NCBI RefSeq assembly: GCF_001194135.2
Contig: NC_069002.1
Coordinates: forward strand, 14,148,466 to 14,212,465
Source: Octopus bimaculoides
Lineage: Eukaryota
Reading direction: 5' to 3'
Length of the DNA: 64,000 bases
Both the position numbers and the translations under genes were made by a program. How positions within the stretch are numbered: the first letter of the stretch is position 1; every line of letters begins with the position of its first letter. The notes beneath the pieces are model-generated. The model was given only the letters and a program-made list of their open reading frames with translations, had not been told where the DNA came from and did not search any database. Of the stretch, positions 38,451-51,760 are shown in pieces.

Positions 38451-38921
38451 TGGGATATAATATTGAATACAGTTTGACTAAGACATAACTCTAAAGGAGT
38501 GAAATAAATAAAAGTCCACAATTGCTTTCCTTCTTATTGAATACAAGTCTTAGGGGTAAAATATAAAGAATTGGTTTTGATAAAAAGGATTAAAATAATG
38601 TCAGTTAAATTCACGTCGGATATTTTACATGATGTGTCTCCTTTTAACATCACCAGTCCTTCAGACTGCAGAAATGGTAACCAGGAGCTCAATGGTCTTT
38701 CATTTCATTACTTAATAAAAGCAAACACTTTTCTCTCCATATGATATTGTTCTGCCGTAGATCAATTATCGCGGTGGAAGGATTCAAACTTAGCACTGAA
38801 TATCAACGAATCAGTCGTTAATTTTACAGTGCTACCGCTCCTTTCGTAGTCACGTTTTCCTATCCCAATATTTGTTAGTTTGAGAAATAGATCTAATTTC
38901 CTCTATCTATATAGAAGAAGT

Positions 38922-39015
38922 ATGGTTGGATGCTTAAGAAATTTGTTTCACAACCATGAACTACTGGGTTCGATCCCAATGTAGGCACCTTGGGCTATAT
39001 TCTATAGCTTCGAGT
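38922..39015 (+). mobile_element. SINE family A head (degenerate)
   Basis: tggttggatgcttaagaaatttg...caaccatg...gggttcgatccc...caccttgggc. Confidence 0.6.
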
Positions 39016-39077
39016 TAACACATACCTATAGGTACTCAGCTTGACTTCCAAAAGTTTCTGTAGCATATGGTACAGTT

Positions 39078-39215
39078 AAGGCAGCGCACTGGCAGAATCG
39101 TTACCGTGCCGGAAAAATGCTCAGCGGCATTTTTTGCGACTTTACGTTCGGAGTACAAATGCTGCAGGGGTCGACTTTGCATTTCATCCTTTCGAGGTCC
39201 ATAAAATAAGTTATT
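39078..39215 (+). mobile_element. SINE family B copy (5' half)
   Basis: ggcagcgcactggcagaatcgtta A-box region, gtcgactttgcatttcatcctttcgaggtc. Confidence 0.85.
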
Positions 39216-39544
39216 CCCACCACTATAAAATTTAATCTCGGACTGTGCAAGCCATCGGAAAAGTAATCATTTCTAGGGAGCCACCGCTGCAGTTAATCGC
39301 CAATTGCTCAATCTAAATGAAGTGTTAATGACAGAACGCAAATCCCTGGCCTTCAGTTTGATGATAGATTAGCAAACGTTTATCTTAGTTTACTCTCGGT
39401 TAATTTATACATTTAAAAAACATACATTAATAGCGCAATGATTGATTCATAAACATGAGACATAGTTATTCACTTATTACTGAACTTGTATATTCGAAAG
39501 CTCACGCTATTAACCTGATAGACAAGTATTTTACTAAATGTGAA

Positions 39545-39720
39545 TGCGGATTAACAAAATCGTTAGTGTGTCAGACAAAATGCTTCGTAGTATTTAATTA
39601 TGACATTTTACTTCTGTGATCAAAATTCCGAGAGAAACGTAGTTTCTGACTTTTATCCTTCCGAGGGTTTGATCGGTAAATTAAAATATCAACCAAGTTC
39701 AGAGGTCGAAAGAAATTTAT
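39545..39720 (+). mobile_element. SINE family B copy (highly degenerate)
   Basis: caaaatcgttagtgtgtcagacaaaatgctt...aaaattccg...ttttatccttccgaggg. Confidence 0.5.
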
Positions 39721-39893
39721 TATATCATCCCTTACATTCTCAGTATTATGCTGGGTCAAGGAGAAGAAAACGAAGAGTCTGTTTATGGATGCTTCCATAT
39801 ACATAAGCACCTAAAAACAACAGTGACAGCCTTGTGCTAGCTACCATGTCATACTCACGGTTAAGCAATCAAGCATACACACATGCATCCACA

Positions 39894-39948
<55 letters not shown>

Positions 39949-41164
39949 AAGTGAAGCATTATAAAATCAGTCGTCAGGCAACTCAGCTTTCTTCCAATTC
40001 CATATTCACAGAAAAGTAATTCTTCATCATTTCTCCAATTTACTTTTTGTGTCCATAGTTAGGTCACTTCCAGTAATCAAAATATTTTGATTCGTTCCAT
40101 ATAGATTCAATGCTCTTTCGTACATTTCCTGCGAGCTTCATCTTCATTTTTTTCCGTAGCTGTATCTAGGTATATCCTTTGGAAGGATATACAGGAGTGA
40201 TCAATATTATGATGACTTCGATTGATTTAGTTTCTACGCCTTAAGTAGAATATAATTCGCCCTGGATAAACTGACAGCCACTAACAGATAACATTCACAA
40301 AAGACCTAATATTAATAAAGGTAAGAATAGGACTAGGTGGAGGCATGTGGAATAGAAATGGAATTGCCTTGGAGGCCTTGAAAACGAAGAGAGCAGCGTG
40401 TATTGTGTATAAATGTCCACGCAAAGGAAGTTTTGTTGAAGATTATAATAGGGAAACTAAACAAGGTCATAAAGAAGTCATTTTAATTATTAGTGGTGAA
40501 GGCAATTGAAATTAAAAGTGCCGTCGGGTGTTTCTACTTAGAGAGACATCACATCACAAAAGCTTACGTTGACAGAAAAGAAATCAGAAAGAAGAAAAAA
40601 AAAGACAGTTGCTGCAGACAATAGTAATACAGTGATAATAATAACTGCTATTTAGAGCAATGACAGATCGATATCTCGATAAACAAACAAAAATAACAAC
40701 AAACAAAACAGATAATACACACACAACGAAGAAGAAAAAAAAAACGGTTTTCAAAATAATTACTAGCAATTCCAATTTTCGCGGTTGGAACCCAATGTTG
40801 GGTGTTGAATATGAAAGATGATGTCGGAGGTGGGTGGAGAAGAATTAAATCAATGGCGTTATGTTGTATTGATGACTTTTTCAATTAAAATAAAGAACTA
40901 AGAACAAACCAATAGAAGCAAAAATAAAATAAAAGAAAAAACAATGCGTAAATGTTGAAGAAAATATTAAGTGATATAGCATAATTGTTCAATAGTTTGG
41001 TGACAGGAGAAAATAATGGTAAATTTCGTTGAAGGAAGCAGCATAATACTATTCAGTGTTGCACGGTGAGAAAAAAATGGTGAAAAACAAGATAATGGCG
41101 ATTTCTATGTGGAGGAAAATTTGCATCGCAAACAGATAAATATGCAAAAAGAAACAACAACAGA

Positions 41165-41712
41165 AATAGCAAGCCCAACATGTCGTGTATGTAAATAACA
41201 GATTGAAATCATCGACCATATTGTCTCCATGTGCAACCTTGTTGCGTCCTCAGAGTGACACAGAATATTTACTGGGTAATTTGCAAGGATCTGGTACTGT
41301 ACGATGATAAAAACTGGTGAGAACACAAATCACCTCCAGTGCTTGAAAGGGATCATATCTCACTCCTATGAAATTTTTCTGTTCAAATTGTCAGAAAGAT
41401 ATATGTAAATAGTCCAGACATTATACTGAAGGATTTCAGATGAAATTCATGCCTAATCGACGATGTGACTGTCCCAATCAACATAAATGTATCTTTCAAG
41501 ACTTACCAAAAACTGAACAAGTATAAAGATCTTAAAATATAAATTGGCAAAATGTGGAAACTAGAAGAATACCTGTGGTTATAGGTGCCATAGAAATAAT
41601 AGCAAAAGGGGCTGATTGTTATCTGTCTCAAATTCCAGGAAATTAAAAAATGTGAGAAATTTAAATAATAGTGCTTATGGAAACCGCTCATATCTTACGA
41701 AATAAACTATAT
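41165..41712 (+). mobile_element. R4/Dong-like LINE fragment (CCHC plus REL), heavily disrupted
   Basis: SPTCRVCK*QIEIIDHIVSMC...VNSPDIILKD...DVTVPININVSFKTYQKLNKYKDL...IPVVIGA...LMETAHILR. Confidence 0.85.
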
Positions 41713-41882
41713 AATTCAAAAAAACATTTAAGTCTGTAAACATAGCAAAAATATTTTTAAATGTACATAGTAGCGAAGGTCTTTTACTCTCATCTTGAGA
41801 TCACACTATTACTTATCATCAGACTACTCTCAGAACAAACTTTTAATTTCCTTATTTTTGGCAGACATTCTCTTGAACACCA

Positions 41883-42120
41883 ATCAGTTCAATATTGACG
41901 AAGTTGCAGGAGAATGAATTGAAATGATCTAAAAATAAATTCTTAAGTGTAATAAATAAATGAGTAATTATAATCAACGTATATACAAGGGTTCCGGTAC
42001 CATTCATGGAACCCTTGTGCATACGATGATTATTATAACTCATTTATCTATTACAATTAAGAATTTATTTTTAGATCGATTCAATTCATTTTGCTGCAAC
42101 CTCACCATTATTGAACTGCT
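41883..42120. repeat. Long inverted repeat: 113-bp arms, 12-nt spacer
   Basis: 41883-41995 is the reverse complement of 42008-42120 with about 16 substitutions and no indels by manual alignment. Confidence 0.92.
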
Positions 42121-42293
42121 ATCAGCACTAGGTATATTGATTGATTCATCATCAAGCTATATCTGTATTGGTTCTTTGAATATTTTCTAACTTACCACTA
42201 TGGTTCGCTAGCAGTTATGGGAATGCCAGTTAATAAATGTGTATATGCTGTGTCAAATGTAAATCGGAAGCTTACCTCCGTGAGGCTCCTTTT

Positions 42294-42830
42294 CATCATC
42301 ATCCATCAGCCATCAGCCAGGTGTTTTCTTCGTGTCTAGAAGTTGGCTTGGCAAGACATTTCACTTCCCTCTGTGTTGGTTTACTTGTATACAATCAACT
42401 AGGCAGCTCTTGTTTTCAGTCCGTTTTTTAATGCCATCAGTTCAGAAACGCCTTTACATCCTTATGCTGTCTTCCTCTTTGCACTTGCTATCAGGACAGT
42501 CTTGAGCAGAAACTTGTGCTGCACTGTATGTCTTAAATATGAAAGCTTTGTAGACTATTCTCAAGAATGGCTGTTTTAAGCCTTTAAGCTTTTCTTAAAC
42601 TGCAGTATGTGTTACCCTATATGTCCAGCTTATCCTGCCTAATCTGTCAGGATCTAGATTCCAAAGGCTTCTATCTATTTCCCCATCGCTCAGTACAGTG
42701 ACCAAATTTCTGTCCTGTAGAGGACATTTGACATTATATAACAGTTTAATAGCCTCAATGTTAGTTGCAGTGTTATATCTTTTAAGGTGAAGATCTTTTA
42801 CCTTCTTATAAATGTTGCTTTAGCTTCATT
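42294..42830 (-). mobile_element. RTE-clade LINE 3' fragment
   Basis: Minus translation EAKATFIRR*KIFT.KDITLQLTLRLLNCYIMSNVLYRTEIWSL...IEAFG...RISWTYRVT, ending in a (TGA)n-like tail. Confidence 0.75.
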
Positions 42831-43948
42831 TATTTTATAAACTATGAATATCACACAGTCTTAATGTATCAATTCATGAGGCAAAAACAAGCATAATCTG
42901 TTCATAAAAAGGAACTGATCCCTTGAAAAATAGATCTCTAAATGACAAATATCGGCAACCGTAAAATATTCCAAGCCAGTCAGTAGCACAAAGTTATCAA
43001 ACTATGCTCCACCACGTTTGTCTCTACTCTTATGTAATAGAGTGTTTAAGAAAAATATTTAGAGGATGTGGGGAACTTATAACATCTGAACTATATGCCA
43101 AATTAAAACTACAGATCGCAAATTTTTCATCAAAGAAAAATCTACTCCAGAATGACGAGAACACTGCATTATAACCTGCGATTCATTTATAGATAGTCAC
43201 GTGGAAGTAAAACGGAGTGTCTAGAAATGGTTGGAATAAAGGTAAGAATTGACTAAACTGCATTGAGAGGAAAAACATTTAAGTCAGTAATGGTTGGAGA
43301 AAAGGATATGTACAGCGTTATGGAATGGATTGTCGAATTAATAGAGAACTACAAGTAAACTAAGATAAGTTACATTTAGTGCTTGCTGAATACCCAATCA
43401 GAAATTCAGTAAGATCGATATGGTTGCCTTTATTAGAAAATGAATTTCAATAATCCAGGATGGGAGCAGAAAGAGAACGTTTGTCACTAGCCTTGGGAGT
43501 AAGAAAGTATCGGTACTGAGTGTAAATTAACATCATCGAGATCAAATCCAGACCACATCTATATGCACAATGATGACATATGATGATGTCCGCTTAGATT
43601 CTCATTGAACTTCGGTGCAAGGGAGGAAAAAAAGGATGTGCTGGAAGGTGTTATTTTTCTGAGGAATAAAGGATATATTGCGAAGCATAATGGGAAGCAA
43701 AACAAAGTTCGTGTAGCGAAATGAGGAAAGAAGCGAGGATAGGATATGGCGCGTCAATTTCTTAGGGTTTTGTATGCAACTATCTTTGGTGGTGACGTAT
43801 CTTAAAATTGACAAACTGATTCCTACTTTAATGAAAATCTGTCATTTCACTGTGTATAGAAATACTTAAAGGTGTCCATACACATATATACATCTCTTTC
43901 CCGCTCTTTTTCTCTCCATTTCTATATTAATATACATTTACGTACACG

Positions 43949-43982
<34 letters not shown>

Positions 43983-45098
43983 NNNNNNNNNNNNNNNNNN
44001 NNNNNNNNNNNNNNNNNNNNNNNNNNNNNNNNNNNNNNNNNNNNNNNNNNNNNNNNNNNNNNNNNNNNNNNNNNNNNNNNNNNNNNNNNNNNNNNNNNNN
44101 NNNNNNNNNNNNNNNNNNNNNNNNNNNNNNNNNNNNNNNNNNNNNNNNNNNNNNNNNNNNNNNNNNNNNNNNNNNNNNNNNNNNNNNNNNNNNNNNNNNN
44201 NNNNNNNNNNNNNNNNNNNNNNNNNNNNNNNNNNNNNNNNNNNNNNNNNNNNNNNNNNNNNNNNNNNNNNNNNNNNNNNNNNNNNNNNNNNNNNNNNNNN
44301 NNNNNNNNNNNNNNNNNNNNNNNNNNNNNNNNNNNNNNNNNNNNNNNNNNNNNNNNNNNNNNNNNNNNNNNNNNNNNNNNNNNNNNNNNNNNNNNNNNNN
44401 NATGTGCTTGTGTTCAAAAATACATCTAACTTCATATGTTCTAATCACACACACACGTACAAACACGCACACACATGCACATATAAGTACACGCACGAAC
44501 ACTCACACACACACACACTCAACCCTAACCCTTACACAATTCTTTATTGCTAAACAATACAAGAAGGCACTTGATATGAAGTAGCATTTCCAAGTAGAGA
44601 CTTATATGGTTGTCCTGTGGCAATTTCTACATTTCATTGTACAGCATCAATGGCAGGAGAGACTCCCAGCTACGTAGGTATCCTCACTGACACCAACACA
44701 GTACACACGCACACGCACACATATAGGTTCAGGCGCATATCCATACGCACGTTCATATATGCATATGCAATTGTACATACATAATACATACATACATACA
44801 TACACACACACACATATCTTTACGTATATAAAGATATGCACACTATATATATATATATATTTACATATATGTCTGTATATACATATTTAGATGCTTATAT
44901 ACACACAGAACCTCACAGACACACACACACGCACGCACGTAAACACACAAACAGGCATATATACGTATGAAGAAAATTATACGATTGTATATATTCATAC
45001 ATATGAATATATATATTTACATATATATGCATATGTATATAAGCACATATATATATGCATATATGTATATATATAATATATGTATATATGTATATATG

Positions 45099-45129
<31 letters not shown>

Positions 45130-45204
45130 AATATAATATATATATATATGTATATATGTATATATGTATATATGTATATATGTATATATATATATATATA
45201 TAAT

Positions 45205-45235
<31 letters not shown>

Positions 45236-45699
45236 TAGCTATTACTGGTACAAGTAGAATATAAATCAATCCTATAAGTTTGCTGCTAAGGAATACATAT
45301 CCAACAAGAATACTCAATGGATCCTTAGGTATTCGGAGTAATGACAACATATGTCTCTGTGAACAGTAAACGACAAATGCAAAGACTTGTGATAAAATAC
45401 ACAAAATATAACGTTTGAGCAGCAAATACCATATTTATCGTCCTGAAGGGGTTTTGCTTGCTTCTATCGAAAGACACTGGTTTGAAGAGGGTTTAACATG
45501 TTATGAACAAACTCACTCAGTCACTCACATACAGAGACACAACATACACGGCCGACCGCACGCAAACACAACTATACACCCACACATAGGCGTGTATATA
45601 TATATAAATATATATGTATATGTATATATACCTTTTTATATATAAGTATATGAACACTATACTGTTGCAGACATTCATACGTACTTAGTTACATACATA

Positions 45700-46355
45700 C
45701 TCAGCCGTCTTGTCTACTGCTCTCAGCTATGGTCATCGCATAGTGCCAAACTATTAACGAAGCTTGAAGCGGTTCAACATCACTATACTAAAAAGATTGT
45801 AACGGTGAAGCAGAGGAGGCTGAAAAGACTATGACTTTACTTCTTGGAGCGAAGGCGCGACAGATATGTAATAATCTATATATGGAAATTTCTGGATAGG
45901 CTAGTACCTAATTTCGGCATTGAGTGTTTTACAAATGCCGGAACTGGACGCTGTTGTATTGTACTAAAAGGTACCGTCCACCCCATCTAAGTTCCGGACC
46001 AGGAGCTGCAATAGCTTAGGATGTACAATGCCTTCAATGCGCTGCCACAAAAATTAACAAACCTACACAATTTGGACGTAGATGTCCACAGAATGGATCT
46101 AGATATTCACCTCTCAAAAATACCGGATGAACCGGCGGTTTAGCATGCGGTACAGACGAGGGTAGCAGAGTCAAACTCCCTCGTACACCAAATGGGCCAA
46201 CAGCCTGGACAAAGCCGATTACAGGAATGGTGATATGAAACACCACTACCCTGATGATATCGGCCGAAAGAGAATCATAAGTAACGGTGCAAAATTACGG
46301 TGGTTCTCTTGCATGACTGCAGCCACATGGCTTAAACGAATAAAAGAATAAAAGC
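45700..46355 (+). mobile_element. CR1-clade LINE 3' fragment (ORF2 C-terminus plus 3' UTR and tail)
   Basis: LSRLVYCSQLWS...LEAVQHHYTKKI...RRLKRL*LYFLERRRDRY.IIYIWK...FNALP...LSKIPDEP...SNSL; tail gaataaaagaataaaag. Confidence 0.88.
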
Positions 46356-47194
46356 ATATATATATTTTTTATGAATTTGTATTACCAGATTCCTGATGTG
46401 AAGTCGTGTCCTGAAACAAATATTGTTTTTCGGGGTGGTCATTTTTTTTTGCGTGTGTTTATTTGGCAAAAAAAAAAAGCAATTTTTTTAGAGAAGTGTT
46501 TGCCTGTATTTAAATATAATACTTTTAGGAAGATGGAATTCGTTAAGTTACTCATTGTTAGATAGGATTGGTCAGATCATGAATTTTCACCACTCCAGGA
46601 TGTAGGCTTGGGCAAAATATTTATATTCAAAACATCAAAAGTTAACTGGCTCGAGTGAAATCGTAGGCGAGCACAACACGTTCAGATCCGAAGCATAAAC
46701 CACAAGACATTGTATTTGACGCTTTCATCTTTCTGATACATACATACATTCATACATACAAACATATACCCACACTCACATCCACACACAAACAAACACA
46801 CACAAACATATATGTGTATGTCTAAAGGTTTTGGCTAGCTAAGCCATCATCAGTGTATGTGGGTATTGGTAGCTGTGCGTGTGTGTGAGCTGTGTGTAGT
46901 ATTGACTGTTTATATGTGTATGTGTGAGTGATCTTTGTGTCTGTTAGGAGGAATTCAGCACCTATTGCAACAGAAGTGGTGGCCTTTTGTGTAGTTGTGT
47001 GTTGCGTAGCAGGCCGAATCTTCGAAGCCACTGTCTATACTATTCTTGTTAGAGAATTTTTATATATGTATATATTTATCATTTTATCCACATTTTTTTT
47101 GCAACGTCCTGTACCCAGATATGCATCTATATATACATGTAGATGTAGGTATGTACATACATGTACGTATATATGCATATACTCATTTATTATT

Positions 47195-47228
<34 letters not shown>

Positions 47229-49057
47229 CTTTATTCAAAAATAGGATAAAGTCTTTTACAAGAATTTATCAAGCAGCTAGCGTTGAAAAACCTCATAAGG
47301 GAAAAAAAAATCCATCATTTATTCCCTAGAATATATTTATATATATTTATATAATTTATTTGTATATGTATATAATTAATAATCCCCCACCAAAAAAAAA
47401 AAAAGAAAAAACAAGTAAAAACAACAACGCGAGGACATGTTACATGCAAAGTATTAAAAAACGCTTAGGGAAGGAAAGAAAGGTTGTTTTACGTTTCTAG
47501 CAAAGCTCTTCTTCAGAAACAGAAGACAGAGGAAAGTCCAATGGAAAAGGAAGACGGAGGGAAAACATCGCCAACAATCCAAATGTAGTTACATTTTGAA
47601 ATGACCGGAAGGGAATGGATGAAGAAAATCTAAGACAGGAGAGTATAAGAGAAGGAGGTATCTGTGCGTATGCGTGGGTATGTGCACGCGCTATTATGTG
47701 TGTCTGAGTGCGTGTGTGTAAGCGGGTTATGGTAACTGTGTGTGTATGTGTGTATATGTGTGTGTGTTTGGGGTATTAACTGCTTATATGCGTATGTGTG
47801 AGTGATCTTTGTATGTAGGAAGAATTCAGCGGCTATGGTAACAGTGGAGGTCTTTTGTGTAGTTGTGTGTTTCTTCACATGTGCGTAGATGTGATGGTCA
47901 GTGGAAAGGTCTTTGATCGGCAGTCTGAAGGGTGTGTATGTGTGTTTTGTATGTGGTATGTGTACGTGCATGTGTGTATGTGCGTGAGTGTGTGCGTGCG
48001 TGTGTGTGTATGTGTGTGTATGCGCGTATATGTGTGTGCATGTATGTGTGCGTTATGTCTATGCGTGATGTGTGTTGGACGTATAAGTGCGTTCATGTGT
48101 GTGCGAATGTGTTTGTATGTATATATATACATAAATAAATATATATATATATATATANNNNNNNNNNNNNNNNNNNNNNNNNNNNNNNNNNNNNNNNNNN
48201 NNNNNNNNNNNNNNNNNNNNNNNNNNNNNNNNNNNNNNNNNNNNNNNNNNNNNNNNNNNNNNNNNNNNNNNNNNNNNNNNNNNNNNNNNNNNNNNNNNNN
48301 NNNNNNNNNNNNNNNNNNNNNNNNNNNNNNNNNNNNNNNNNNNNNNNNNNNNNNNNNNNNNNNNNNNNNNNNNNNNNNNNNNNNNNNNNNNNNNNNNNNN
48401 NNNNNNNNNNNNNNNNNNNNNNNNNNNNNNNNNNNNNNNNNNNNNNNNNNNNNNNNNNNNNNNNNNNNNNNNNNNNNNNNNNNNNNNNNNNNNNNNNNNN
48501 NNNNNNNNNNNNNNNNNNNNNNNNNNNNNNNNNNNNNNNNNNNNNNNNNNNNNNNNNNNNNNNNNNNNNNNNNNNNNNNNNNNNNNNNNNNNNNNNNNNN
48601 NNNNNNNNNNNNNNNNNNNNNNNNNNNNNNNNNNNNNNNNNNNNNNNNNNNNNNNNNNNNNNNNNNNNNNNNNNNNNNNNNNNNNNNNNNNNNNNNNNNN
48701 NNNNNNNNNNNNNNNNNNNNNNNNNNNNNNNNNNNNNNNNNNNNNNNNNNNNNNNNNNNNNNNNNNNNNNNNNNNNNNNNNNNNNNNNNNNNNNNNNNNN
48801 NNNNNNNNNNNNNNNNNNNNNNNNNNNNNNNNNNNNNNNNNNNNNNNNNNNNNNNNNNNNNNNNNNNNNNNNNNNNNNNNNNNNNNNNNNNNNNNNNNNN
48901 NNNNNNNNNNNNNNNNNNNNNNNNNNNNNNNNNNNNNNNNNNNNNNNNNNNNNNNNNNNNNNNNNNNNNNNNNNNNNNNNNNNNNNNNNNNNNNNNNNNN
49001 NNNNNNNNNNNNNNNNNNNNNNNNNNNNNNNNNNNNNNNNNNNNNNNNNNNNNNNNN

Positions 49058-49305
49058 AGACGGAAACTGAAAGAAGCCCGTCGTATATATGTGTATGTGT
49101 GATTGTGTGTCTGTGTTTGTCCCCCCACCACCGCTTGACAACCGATGCTGGTGTATTTACGTCCCCGTAACTTAGCGGTTCGGCAAACAAGACCGATAGG
49201 ATAAGTACTAGGCTTACAAAGAATAAGACCAGGGGTCGATTTGTTCGACTAAAGGCGGTGCTCCAGCATGGCCGCAGTCAAATGACTGAAACAAGTAAAA
49301 GAGTA
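49058..49305 (+). mobile_element. SINE family A, 3' two-thirds with complete tail
   Basis: agacggaaactgaaagaagcccgtcg-(microsatellite)-...acgtccccgtaacttagcggttcggc...ggcggtgctccagcatggccgcagtcaaatgactgaaacaagtaaaagagta; the head lies in the gap. Confidence 0.92.
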
Positions 49306-49540
49306 TATATACATTTATACATACATACATACATACATACACGTATAGATCGAGGGCAAGAGAGAGTGAGCAATGGTAAGGTAGAAGATTAGAAACAATA
49401 ATACATCAAAAGGCAAAAATTTCCATAGAATATATGTGTTATCTAGAAAGTGTGTGGTTTTAAATATACGTATATTGCACCCGCGCATCTCTGCATGCAT
49501 CCAAGTGCATTTTCTCTGTCTCCACCTATCTCTCTGTCTG

Positions 49541-49591
<51 letters not shown>

Positions 49592-50034
49592 CTATCTCTA
49601 TCTATCTATCTCTTTCTATCGATCTGGCTACTTGTTTATTCAACTACAGATGTAGGTATCTCTATCCAGCTATCTCTCTATTTAGCTAAATAGCTAGAAT
49701 CCTTGACCTGATAAGTATAACACCCGCTTGTAACCTCACCGTGCATTTAAAACAAAGAGCAATTTCAACGCACCACACTGTGTATCATAAAACAAATCTT
49801 GATGGGACAATATTATGATAATATTATGATAATTTATAGGAATATCCTCAGATGTAAACAATTCATTACGGAGGCAATTCTAATATTGCTATGTAAATTA
49901 TAGTTAACATAAAACATACTTGTGTCACAAATGCAAAATCGACTTAGTAGAACTCAAACTAACAGCCAGACTATGGAGGTAAAGTTTGCATAAACATAAC
50001 TGGCCACTATAAAAGGGCAACCACAGAAGCCAAC

Positions 50035-50170
50035 ACGAAGGGCTTCTTTCAGTTTCTGTCTACCAAATCCACTCACAAGGCTTTGGTCGCCCCGAGGTGT
50101 CGCGCAGTGGTACTGAACCAGGAATTATGTGGGTAGGAAGCAAGCTTCTTACCACATATCTACGCCTGCG
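50035..50170 (-). mobile_element. SINE family A 5' part with ~25-bp internal deletion
   Basis: Matches 28040-28186 but lacks gctatagtagaagacacttggccaag. Confidence 0.85.
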
Positions 50171-50171
50171 G

Positions 50172-50209
<38 letters not shown>

Positions 50210-51253
50210 NNNNNNNNNNNNNNNNNNNNNNNNNNNNNNNNNNNNNNNNNNNNNNNNNNNNNNNNNNNNNNNNNNNNNNNNNNNNNNNNNNNNNNNNNNN
50301 NNNNNNNNNNNNNNNNNNNNNNNNNNNNNNNNNNNNNNNNNNNNNNNNNNNNNNNNNNNNNNNNNNNNNNNNNNNNNNNNNNNNNNNNNNNNNNNNNNNN
50401 NNNNNNNNNNNNNNNNNNNNNNNNNNNNNNNNNNNNNNNNNNNNNNNNNNNNNNNNNNNNNNNNNNNNNNNNNNNNNNNNNNNNNNNNNNNNNNNNNNNN
50501 NNNNNNNNNNNNNNNNNNNNNNNNNNNNNNNNNNNNNNNNNNNNNNNNNNNNNNNNNNNNNNNNNNNNNNNNNNNNNNNNNNNNNNNNNNNNNNNNNNNN
50601 NNNNNNNNNNNNNNNNNNNNNNNNNNNNNNNNNNNNNNNNNNNNNNNNNNNNNNNNNNNNNNNNNNNNNNNNNNNNNNNNNNNNNNNNNNNNNNNNNNNN
50701 NNNNNNNNNNNNNNNNNNNNNATATATATTTAAATAAGGACGTACGTATGTACATATATGTATATATATACATACATACGTGTCTATGCACACATGCATA
50801 TGTGTATGAGTGTGTTTGCATCTGCGTATCTGTTTTATGGTTTGACAAAGGAAAACATGATTTGATTGTAATATGTCATAGCATTTAAACGATCAATTTC
50901 CGATAAATTGACTTATTTATGGTTGAGACCTGGTTCTCGTAAATTTCCTGATGTGTGACTGAAGCTGTGCCAATGTTTATTAATCCTTAACAAATTCAGT
51001 AATATTTTGTTTTCTGTGTTGATATACAGAAGTGCTTACACTGCGATCACATCATTTTTTATTGATATTATTGATTACTGTGAGTATTGATATAGCATAT
51101 AGCACTCCTGGGAACCGTATATACAGACATATTAACTAGAACATATTCTATACGATGGAACATACATGAAAAAACAAAAAAATCACTCTATGTGTTTCAG
51201 GCACATATATTTAATTGTACATTGAGAACAGGCAACGAAGAGAATTATACAAA

Positions 51254-51301
<48 letters not shown>

Positions 51302-51304
51302 AAT

Positions 51305-51351
<47 letters not shown>

Positions 51352-51421
51352 ATAGTAAATAATTATCATTATTAGTATAACGATACTACTACTACTACTA
51401 CTGCTATTACTACTACTACTG
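51254..51421. repeat. (TAG)n/(CTA)n microsatellites
   Basis: Direct reading. Confidence 0.9.
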
Positions 51422-51639
51422 NNNNNNNNNNNNNNNNNNNNNNNNNNNNNNNNNNNNNNNNNNNNNNNNNNNNNNNNNNNNNNNNNNNNNNNNNNNNNNN
51501 NNNNNNNNNNNNNNNNNNNNNNNNNNNNNNNNNNNNNNNNNNNNNNNNNNNNNNNNNNNNNNNNNNNNNNNNNNNNNNNNNNNNNNNNNNNNNNNNNNNN
51601 NNNNNNNNNNNNNNNNNNNNNNNNNNNNNNNNNNNNNNN

Positions 51640-51687
<48 letters not shown>

Positions 51688-51760
51688 CGTGCGCGTGCGT
51701 TTGTGTGCCTGTGAGTTCATGTGTTTGGAAACATGTCTATGTCTACACTGTGTAATTTTG

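Noticed and set aside
44521-44532. aaccctaaccct telomere-like motif
   Set aside because: Only two units; expected by chance.
46245-46275. ctgatga...cgaaa in the CR1 3' UTR
   Set aside because: No stem II pairing (U10.1/C11.1) and no valid stem III or NUH triplet.
46820-46855. Minus-strand ctgatga-tggc...gcca-aaa motif
   Set aside because: G12 is missing, there is an extra U, and no cleavage triplet is present.
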